DNA of 64,000 nt from Phoronis australis (Eukaryota; Animalia; Phoronida): positions 438,280-502,279 of the forward strand of contig NMRA01000183.1 of NCBI GenBank assembly GCA_002633005.1, written 5' to 3'. The notes beneath the pieces are model-generated. The model ran no database searches. It was not told the origin of the DNA and saw nothing but the letters and a program-made list of their open reading frames with translations. A program made the translations under genes and the position numbers. This document shows positions 27,101-35,240 of this stretch, piece by piece. Each line of letters opens with the position of its first letter. The first letter of the stretch is position 1.

Positions 27101-30100
27101 AAATGGTGATCTGAATAACGTCAAAATCTCGACTTTTCAAGCACTATACTAGCGTAGTATAATAAATCATGAATTCCAATTGCCCGAATAGAATTGGCGC
27201 TTATTCCTTTTGGGTTCTTTTATAAGAATGTGAATTTTCATTTTACCTAAACAAAAAAGCGTGTACGAATTATTTTCCCACGCAAATTAGTGTACGAACT
27301 ATTTTTCCTCGGCTCCTACTGTACGAATTATTAGAGACCAACGCAATGCTTGAGGGCTGTGTACGAAATAATGGAATGAACGAAATATTAGAGAAAACAC
27401 TAAACGGGTTAAATCATTTTTGAAAATCGTAATGATATCTGATCCTGTTGAAATTAAAAAATGGCATCAATGGTTTTCTGCATCCGTGAAATTGTAAACC
27501 AAATGTCTCATTTCCGTAAGACGGTAAACACATGTACATGTACATGTATCAGAAGAATGTGTGCAAAAGAATGAATTTCTTTCGAGATGAAGTACAATGG
27601 TTGCCGTAGTAATTTTGAAAATCTACTTTCAGCGTATTAGATTTGCGGATAGTAGCAAACAGGCACAGCTCCTTGACGACCAAGATCATCATTTGAACCT
27701 TTCGATATGGACATGACTTTATAAAAACTGATCTGAGCTGTTCAATAAATAACAGACTTTTCATGTTAAAGCTCTATAACTAAATACTGGTCCATTGAGA
27801 TAAAACAGAGAAATAAACAAGGGTGGTGCACCACAGGGGGCTGGGGGTTGCCCCTCCACATATTTGAGTGGTGCACCGCCCATGATAAAGGCCACTCTTA
27901 GCATCCCCCTACCCCCCACCTAACCCTATTGATAGATTACGTTCAGTTCATTATTTTTTAGCTTTTTGTCATCCGCCGAGGTCGAATTTCTCCCGTTTTA
28001 ATTTCACTGGCAGCCATCCTGCACTGACTTGGCAGCCGATGAGTCTTCTGGAAATGTATGGAACAGTTTTCTTCATCCATAATAATTTCAAAAGTTTTTG
28101 CTTTTTCTGTGAGCCATTACTACACCCACCACACAGCAGTGGAAATTTATTATAACAGGGAAGGTGTTAAGGCGTTTTCATTATGTAGGTTGAAACCTCA
28201 TCTCCGCGTTACACCGGATCTGTAGGTAGCGCTAAACGCCTGTCCTCTCGAAACACTTCACACCGTCTAGTGGAATTTCAATATGATTTCAATATGGTTA
28301 TTTTGAGAAAAGCTCATATGTGAGTTTGTAGTCAATTCTAATTTGTCATAAATATTTTAATACGAGTTAAGCCAATTAAGGCCTCCCGACATATGTGTTA
28401 TTGGAATTATGTAATCACCTATAAGCTTAGGAAAAATGAGCCATTTTACTAGGCGTGTTGCGAGTGGGTGAATCGTGTCAGTCATGAATACGTCATTGCC
28501 CAACTGCTAACTACACGATTAAAGAATTATAATACAAACTACTTACGTTTGCACTCGTTTGTTGTGTCACGAACGAAACCTGCTTTACATTTGCATGTTT
28601 TGTCATTTGTATCACATACTTCATTTGTTCCACACTTTGTACCACCTTGAGCACATGCAACTTCGGAGCCCACTGTAATGATAGCAAGTATGCCTAGGTT
28701 AGAACTGTAATGATTATCAAGAATGTTTAGGTTAGAACTAATGATAGCATGTATGTTTAGGTTAGAACTGTAATGATAACAAGTATGTTTAGGTTAGAAC
28801 TGCAATGATAGCATGTATGTTTAGGTTAGAACTGTAATGATAACAAGTATGTTTAGGTTATAGAACTGTAATGATAGCAAGTATTTTAGGATAGAACTGT
28901 AATGATAACAAGTATGTTTAGGTTAGAACTGTAATGAAAGCAAATGTGCTTAGGGTAGAACTGTCATGATATCAAGTATGTTTAGCTTAGAACTGTAACG
29001 ATAGCAAGTATGTTTAGGTTATAGAACTGTAATGACAGCATGTATGTTTAGGTTAGAACTGTAATGATAACAAGTATGTTTAGGTTAGAACTGTAATGAT
29101 AGCAAGTATGTTTAGGTTATAGAACTGTAATGACAGCATGTATGTTTAGGTTAGAACTGTAATGATAACAAGTATGTTTAGGTTAGAACTGTAATGATAG
29201 CAAGTATGTTTAGGTTAGAACTGTAATGATAACAAGTATGTTTAGGTTAGAACTGTAATGATATCAAGTATGTTTAGGTTAGAACTGTAATGATAGCAAG
29301 TATGTTTAGGTTATAGAACTGCAATGATAGCCAGTATGCCTAGGTTAGAACTGTTGTGCTTGCAAGTATGTTTAGGTTACAACAGTAATGATAACAAGTG
29401 TGTTTAGGTTAGAACTGTAACGATAACTAGTATGCCTAGGTTAGAACTGTAGTGATAGCAAGTATGATTAAGTTAGAACTGTAGTGATAGCAAGTATGAT
29501 TAAGTTAGAACTGTAGTGATAGCAAATATGCTTAGGTTAGCATTGGTATTAAAGAGGAAAAGCATGGCGTACAAAGTGCAAAATGTGGATACAAGCAACA
29601 GACACAATAGAATGAAAAGGATGTTGTCCAGCTGTTACACTGATAGAGCCGTTGTAATCTATGTGTGGGACACATGATAATGTGAAACTTTGACTATTTT
29701 CGGAGCATTATGCCTCAAAATCGCTTATTCAAATCTAATAAACCTTTGCTTTATGCACTGTTTGACAATAAGTTTTTACAATTTTCCACTTTGAGTGGCT
29801 GACGAACAGTATTCAGTATGAAAAGTCGCAAACGTTGCAATAAAAACAAAAATGTTACATTTTTGAGATGCTATCATGCATGACATTTGCATGTAAAAAT
29901 TTTAGCAAGTAGTTCTGATACCCTTTTTTACTTTACCATTTGCTTTATTTGTCTGAAAGCATGTTTGGCTAAATGCCAATGAGATGGTAGGTGTGATCCC
30001 ATCTAACAAATGGGAATGTTGCTTGGGCGGCGCACAATATGGGGCTGGGGAGCTATAGCACACCCCTTCCCCCACTTTTTTCAGTGCTGCGCCGCCCATG

Positions 30101-33100
30101 GGCATGGGTGGCGCGCACCATAGCCCCCACTTATTTCAGTGCTGCGCCGTCCGTGCATGCGTTGATATAAATGTAATTACGATCAATTGTTGAAATTTAA
30201 AGAGAAGCAGTTGAAATAGCGGAAATACTTTGGCTCACTGGGCAAAGTGTCAAAATTGAATCTGTTGTCATCGTTGGCCGCCCAAAATTCATACATGACT
30301 GCGGTGTAATCAACGCTTGCCGATTTAGAAGACTTTTTTATGAGTTTTTGAACTTATAGACTTTTTGAAGTTTGTAAAGATTACAGAACATTATTTTCTT
30401 TATAATTTTTTAGTTAAATAGTCATCGTTAACGCCAATTCATGACCATAACCTGTTTTAAAATCTGTTTCAATGCTTGCTTAGATATTTTTCCAGCAGTT
30501 TCTCTTGGACGTATTTCATACTACACTGTATAGCCCACTCATTAGGTCTACAATATTACTCATCAAGAATAATTTCAACGAGGACCACCAAACGTAGCCA
30601 GCTACAATAACTAAAACAGGGCGTTTACTTACGTTTACAGACCCCTTGATAACGAACATAGCCTGGCACACATTTGCATTCTGGCTTTGCTTTGTCGCAT
30701 CTTTCGTCTACAGGACACTTTGTCCCTCCGTCCTTGCAATTAACGCTGGTTTCAGCTAGAAAAGTTATTCATCACGTTCAGCAGCACCTTTGCAAACTTA
30801 CGCTTATATTAAGAGGTCGTAAAAACTCTGTTTTTACAAAAATGCGGTTACTTTGGGAATATCAAATAGTTTGAATGTTTGCAGAAAATTCAAAATGCGC
30901 AGAACATTTAGGGGACATGTTTGAATCTCTACCGAGAATTTTTCGTGCAACCGAGAGCAGGTGTCCAGGAAACGTCGACTTCCTGCAAAATTGTGGTTTA
31001 CACAAGGTAGCTGTAGATGTATGTCAAAGAAAACTGTGATTTGTCATGTTCATACTTTTGTCTCTCCAGAGATCTACTCACGTTGACACGTCCCTGCATG
31101 ACGAACATGGCCCGGCATACAGTCACAGCTCTTTTCTTTTTGATTGCACATTTCGTTTGCGCCACATTTCGTCCCTCCGTTTTCGCACGAAACCAAATCC
31201 TCAGCTTGAAAAAACATTAGGAGAAAATGACTTGAATAGTTATAAATCTTATGAGTTCGACTCTAACAATACAATCAGCCGATCCGCTAAATTGCTCAAC
31301 TAAATCTGTGGTGCCTCCCACAAATTTATTTTCTTTTACATCAAGTTATTGACAGCATTTGAAAATGCAACGCAACTCGCGGCTAAGAATTCATCACTCA
31401 TCATTCAGTAAACACAGGAGGCTACTGCCAAATTTCGCGACCCAAGTTTCTTCAACTTTGAAACTACTATAGACGCATAATGTGCATTGCCGTTCATGGC
31501 AGTTTCGACAAGGACCGTCAATGTTGACTTCGTTCGACTTTCGGCACCTTTGCTCCCAGAAGTGATAAACTACGCCAATCTAACAAATTTGTACTCACCT
31601 TTACATTCTGTTCCCTCGCGAACATGACCAGGCAAACAAACACATTTTTTTCCTATCTGGTCACAATTTTCATTTGTTCCACACTTTGTCCCTCCATTCT
31701 CGCAGTTAACCAGGGCCTTTTCTGCAATGACGCCAACTAGATTAGCATTAAAAGAAAGACCAGTTGCAACAGCCGTCTAAACGTCATTCACACAGGGGAG
31801 CAATAGAGAGGCACAAAGCGTCGTTTATTTTATTTTAATCAATGTCTTCGTCTGGTTTGTGAGTGACAAGACAAGGGCTGAATAACATTGTTTTTTTGGC
31901 CACAGTAACAACAGAAAAGTGACGGAAAACAAGATGCAAGAGTCCATAATGATGATACAGTAAAACTATGTACATGAGAATAATATTGCATGAAGAGTAT
32001 TAGTATCAATTAAGTTTATAGTGGTTGTTGTGTAATTAATTAAAGTATTAGTTGTTAACTGAAATTTGTTGCCTCCTATGAGTTCATAAGAAATGAATCA
32101 GCATATTTGTCTTTGACCACGTGCTTATGTTATGCTAGCAGAGTGTAAATTCACGGGAATAGTTCACCTTTGGGGTGAGCCAGTTCTGGCAACAACAATA
32201 GTCTTGTTATTATTCATCAGCACTTACTTAAAGATTTGTCTGTCCGTGACCATGTTTGGGGAAAGCTTAGGCTCATAGTTGGAATCGTATGATGTTGTTC
32301 CGAGAGATGCTTTGGAACTACGGGCAGCATTTGGAGGAAGTTTGTGGGCATTTATATTTTGATGTAACTCGCCCATCTTTATTCTGTTTGAAGAGATGCC
32401 ACTGGTGTGCGTAGAAATATCGCAAGTTATAGAAATTCCATGGACTGAATTTCAAAGGAGATGCATTGTATCTAGCATTCGATGGACTGAATTCATGTTA
32501 ATATATACGATGTTCGATGGACTGAACTTCATGATTGTTCCGAAGCATTTCATCAAGTGAATACTGCTTGGAAAATTGGATTAAATGATCCAGAGAGGAG
32601 GAAACTCTTGACAACAAGTGTAACACTGGATCCAAGGCCGACGCCAGGAACGGGAAACGTGATCACAAGCTAATTAAATTAACTTTCTTTGTAAATCTTT
32701 ACAATCGTTCATTTAGAGAAATTTAAACACTTAGTCAATAACAGCTTATCATTTAAAATGACTTATTCTTATTAAAATGACATAGGCAAAAAATTGAATT
32801 TCGGGCCTCAAAAGCGAGGCCTTCCATATTAATATAGGGGGCATCGCCGAAAGGCGGTCGAAGAGCAGGGCCATCTCTATTAATATAGAAGGGCCCCGCT
32901 CCTCAGCCGCCTGTTATAATTTACGTCTTTGTTACATTTTACATTGCTAAGCCTCTTCTAAAATGTAGCGAGTTGTTATAAATATGTAATTATTACAATT
33001 TAAGTGAAGTGCACGTGCGAGAAATGTTCCATTGTTGCATTTTACTAAAGGGACGTCATGTTTCAAGAGTTTGCACGGAAGAAACGGATTGTTTGAATGA

Positions 33101-35240
33101 AATTCTGTCAAATGTGCTAGTTCGAATTTATAGATGTGTCCCTATGGGCTTGCCATTGTCATTTAACATGAATGGTTTTTGTATAGTCAAAATGTGCCCT
33201 GTAGAGTTTCAACTCCTGACAAAAGTGTTTTCCAAGATCATGTAACAAGTTTATTAATCGAAAAGCGTTCTTGCATACTTTTGTTGGGGCTCACAGGTCA
33301 TAAGCTAATTGTGTGTCCGGCATTACATTAAACGCACTTCCCTTGGTATACACATCAGAAGCATTGACATCGTACTTATGTATCACATATAACGAACTTC
33401 ATTAAAACTTCAGGTAATAAATTCGAGATACCTGATATGGAAGTCAATTTAACAAGGGCGAAATATCATACATGTCTTATCATCTATTTTTAAGACGCCC
33501 ATTTACAAGAATCTTTAGCGTGATAAGCCGTAGCATCTGTTCGTATGTCGTAGCGGTGTGTTTATTTCATGTAAAATAAAAGGTTTTTAAAACTTGTTAG
33601 CATACAGAGCAAACTTAACGAATTAACTGGCAAATAACCTTCTACTATTTGTGCTACCGCAGTACCGGACCGGCAGTAGGTTGAGCAGACGATTAGAACA
33701 AGAAGTGGTGTGAAGGAAGAGAAATACTCGGAAAATGTCACTGAATTAATAAAAACATCAGATTACAAAACGTGTTTTAACTATTAACTATTTTGTTTGC
33801 TCATATTGACTAAATACAACACGGTTAAGAGCAAGAGGTTATGATTTCCGTGTTTGGCATAGTAATATGTTTACCATAGCAAAGACTTTATCGTTTAGGT
33901 TGCGTGTTCGCGTATTTAAAACACGGTTTTCAGATTAATTTTCATCATGTTTGTTAAAATTAAATTTTTAGTAGGCATTGAATATTTATATCATTGGAGA
34001 TTTCTTCTTGAATATTTATGTCATTGGAGATTTGGTCTTGAATATTTAAATCATTGGAGATTTGAACTTGAATATTGATATCATTGGAGATTTGATCTTG
34101 AAAATTGATATCATGGGAGATTTGATCTTGAATATTTATATCATTGGAAATTTGATCTTGAATATTTATATCATTGCAGGTTTGATCTGGAATATTTATA
34201 TCATTGGCGATTTGATCTTGAATATTTATATCATTGGATATTTGATCTTGAATATTTATATCATTGGAGATTTGATCTTGAATATTTATATCATTGGAGA
34301 TTTGATCTTGAATATTTATATCATTGGCGATTTGATCTTGAATATTTATATCATTGGATATTTGATCTTGAATATTTATATCATTGGATATTTGATCTTG
34401 AATATTTATATCATTGGAGATTTGATTTTGAATATTTATATCATTGGCGATTTGATCTTGAATATTTATATCATTGGATATTTGATCTTGAATATTTATA
34501 TCATTGGATATTTGATCTTGAATATTTATATCATTGGAGATTTTATCATGTTATTCATGACGTTCTTTTGCCATGAATGGTAAATTTAATAAGATATCAT
34601 AGTCGTCACGTGACTAAATAGCAGATGGGTATAAAAACAACAATCAAATGCTACAAGTTTTTTACCTTCTAACTATATGACTGCATATACAGATATGTCG
34701 ATAAGGTTCTAAATAACCTTAACTGATGTGCGTCGTAAAACCCACATCGACAATGACTCCGAGGATGTAAATGATTGGCAGTCAACCGCCAATGATGTCA
34801 CGTGTTAAGTAGGTATTGAACTCAGTCATACTGCTTAAAATCGTCATTTTTGACGTCAATGTGATTGTTTTCCAAATGACGACAGCCCGTGAGTCAAAGA
34901 TCGGTATTGCGACTTCCTCATTTAATGATTATGGCAGTTTATATAATTTAGTCAATTTTTGGTCTAACACGTATGTTCTGACTCATCCGGCTTGAAAGGA
35001 AACGCCAGATACCAACTTTAATTACGTACTAACAACTTTCAGTTGACGCATGTCTGTAATATCACGTTGCATGCAATTATTAAGAGGGTCAAACGTTCGC
35101 CGGATAATAAGTTTATTCGCACTTACCTTTACAGACGCCTCCATCGCGAACCCAACCCACGACGCAGTTGCATTGTTTTTTGGTTGTGTCGCAAACTTCT
35201 CCTGTTGAACACTTCGTCCCTCCATCTTTACAGGCTTTAT
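722..35240 (-). CDS. Multi-exon array A: at least 18 tandem one-module-per-exon Cys-rich EGF/EB-like repeats (about 694 aa visible), incomplete at both ends; probable secreted/extracellular protein
   Basis: 18 exons translated by hand. Each has AG/GT boundaries, phase 1-1, a length divisible by 3 (84-126 nt), no stops and a shared C-x2-GG-x2-C motif. Junction codons are all sense. Confidence 0.9.
3165..3870 (+). mobile_element. 5'-truncated non-LTR retrotransposon 3' end (RNase H-containing I/R1/Loa-type)
   Basis: ORF 3165-3665: WIKPHVGLDGNKAVDNLAKEG (RNase H C-terminus), CRQTK, ITGHC and the CxxC..ETPQHLVEIC zinc knuckle typical of LINE ORF2 ends. Confidence 0.85.
4726..5680 (+). mobile_element. 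Internally deleted Tc1/mariner element
   Basis: Long imperfect TIRs (aatacctcaacaaaagtttg... / ...caaacttttattgaggtgtt) flanked by TA; internal remnant WPVFSPDLKSIEHLWD matches the Tc1 WPxxSPDLNPIE motif. Confidence 0.88.
7471..7593 (-). CDS. Array A exon 17, 6-Cys module
   Basis: IGQVPCSLGGTKCFPNARCDTSSKTCKCNVGFVLHQGKCE; ttccAG / GTAAGA; 123 nt. Confidence 0.9.
7902..7985 (-). CDS. Array A exon 16, truncated 4-Cys module
   Basis: KESVACKWGGSECPLGQICNTVSKACE; tttaAG / GTAAGT; 84 nt. Confidence 0.85.
8540..10900 (-). mobile_element. Degenerate CR1/L2-type LINE (reverse transcriptase remnant); boundaries approximate
   Basis: 9393-9728: FASYLVGRKQFV..ISTGVLQSLIFGLLLF..YAGDT, a decayed SYL..R.Q.V / GVPQGSILGPLLF / YADD motif set. 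Confidence 0.75.
11328..11450 (-). CDS. Array A exon 15, 6-Cys module
   Basis: EKDVPCEFGGTKCTTNGQCDTAQRVCNCDSGFIKLMNLCL; ttacAG / GTAATT; 123 nt. Confidence 0.88.
12994..13113 (-). CDS. Array A exon 14, 6-Cys module
   Basis: ATTTPCGAGGLQCPPNSVCDPTTKVCKCTSGILYQKKCQ; ttttaAG / GTAACT; 120 nt. Confidence 0.88.
14271..14354 (-). CDS. Array A exon 13, truncated 4-Cys module
   Basis: KTTVDCKDGGTKCATNEVCNTNTKVCE; tttttttAG / GTAAGT; 84 nt. Confidence 0.87.
14400..14690. repeat. About 46-bp minisatellite, about 6 diverged copies
   Basis: tagactaccaa recurs at 14521, 14567 and 14614. Confidence 0.85.
14990..15086 (-). pseudogene. Candidate decayed array-A pseudo-exon
   Basis: Polypyrimidine tract ending CTAA (AG lost), then phase-1 NLICADGCKEDSNSFWDQLSCMCF, similar to exon 10 CDAGGYKCDANSFCD..CEC. 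Confidence 0.4.
15123..15472. repeat. 38-bp minisatellite, about 9 copies
   Basis: Unit gttgtagatgtggtagaggatgatatatgatgtaatgg. Confidence 0.93.
16504..16626 (-). CDS. Array A exon 12, 6-Cys module
   Basis: IYNVPCEAGGSKCGVNSYCLIGQKVCSCYTGFMLVNKECK; tttcAG / GTTTGT; 123 nt. Confidence 0.88.
17076..17192 (-). CDS. Array A exon 11, 6-Cys module
   Basis: ITTVPCEAGGVKCPLNSYCEGKNCKCILGFLTYQGQCE; ttttgaAG / GTAGTA; 117 nt. Confidence 0.86.
17747..17869 (-). CDS. Array A exon 10, 6-Cys module
   Basis: PTDVPCDAGGYKCDANSFCDVIQKKCECIVGFALYQGSCQ; ttttccAG / GTAAGA; 123 nt. Confidence 0.9.
18107..18141. repeat. (TA)n microsatellite
   Basis: Direct read. Confidence 0.95.
18625..18747 (-). CDS. Array A exon 9, 6-Cys module
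   Basis: KTEAPCEAGGQKCPPNADCDTVARKCICRQGLVLYQGACA; attttAG / GTAAGT; 123 nt. Confidence 0.9.
21182..21265 (-). CDS. Array A exon 8, truncated 4-Cys module
   Basis: KATVACSSGGTQCTLPQVCDTTTKTCK; ttgtAG / GTAAGA; 84 nt. Confidence 0.87.
22920..23042 (-). CDS. Array A exon 7, 6-Cys module
   Basis: SSLVPCASGGSVCGVNEDCDTANKKCKCKTDFVPFNGKCE; ctgcAG / GTATGA; 123 nt. Confidence 0.88.
23652..23825. repeat. About 33-bp diverged minisatellite, about 5 copies
   Basis: atccacctatgacgacctgc... recurring. Confidence 0.75.
23895..23976 (-). mobile_element. Degenerate tRNA-derived SINE head
   Basis: Minus strand GTGAGTTCGATTCCAC (box B/T-arm); box A is degenerate. Confidence 0.35.
24227..24349 (-). CDS. 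Array A exon 6, 6-Cys module
   Basis: KTAVPCSSGGTHCPDKSSCDTNKKVCLCIAGHVKFQGTCQ; ttacAG / GTATGT; 123 nt. Confidence 0.9.
24755..24885. repeat. 21-bp tandem repeat, about 6 copies
   Basis: Unit aaacttgagtgacctaaatgt. Confidence 0.95.
28547..28672 (-). CDS. Array A exon 5, 6-Cys module
   Basis: GSEVACAQGGTKCGTNEVCDTNDKTCKCKAGFVRDTTNECK; ttacAG / GTAAGT; 126 nt. Confidence 0.9.
28673..29541. repeat. 32-bp minisatellite (about 27 copies, some 34-bp variants) abutting the acceptor of exon A5
   Basis: Unit ctgtaatgatagcaagtatgtttaggttagaa. Confidence 0.96.
30633..30755 (-). CDS. Array A exon 4, 6-Cys module
   Basis: ETSVNCKDGGTKCPVDERCDKAKPECKCVPGYVRYQGVCK; ttttctAG / GTAAGT; 123 nt. Confidence 0.9.
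31082..31204 (-). CDS. Array A exon 3, 6-Cys module
   Basis: EDLVSCENGGTKCGANEMCNQKEKSCDCMPGHVRHAGTCQ; ttttcaAG / GTGAGT; 123 nt. Confidence 0.9.
31599..31721 (-). CDS. Array A exon 2, 6-Cys module
   Basis: KALVNCENGGTKCGTNENCDQIGKKCVCLPGHVREGTECK; ttgcAG / GTGAGT; 123 nt. Confidence 0.9.
33327..33403 (-). pseudogene. Candidate decayed array-A pseudo-exon
   Basis: NEV/CDT*VRCQCF*CVYQGKCV followed by GTAATG; matches module consensus NEVCDT..CxC..YQGxC. Confidence 0.45.
33978..34543. repeat. 30-bp minisatellite, about 19 copies
   Basis: Unit ttgaatatttatatcattggagatttgatc. Confidence 0.96.
35127..35240 (-). CDS. Array A exon 1 (5'-most recognised), 6-Cys module
   Basis: DKACKDGGTKCSTGEVCDTTKKQCNCVVGWVRDGGVCK; atgcAG / GTAAGT; 114 nt. 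An in-frame stop lies just upstream, so this must be an internal exon. Confidence 0.9.

Noticed and set aside
28673-29541. CRISPR-like regular repeats
   Set aside because: Head-to-tail units without unique spacers, no cas genes, eukaryotic intron context.
34062-34583. 173-aa ORF of ILNIYIIGDL repeats
   Set aside because: Translation of a 30-bp minisatellite, antisense and intronic to array A; no splice or start context.
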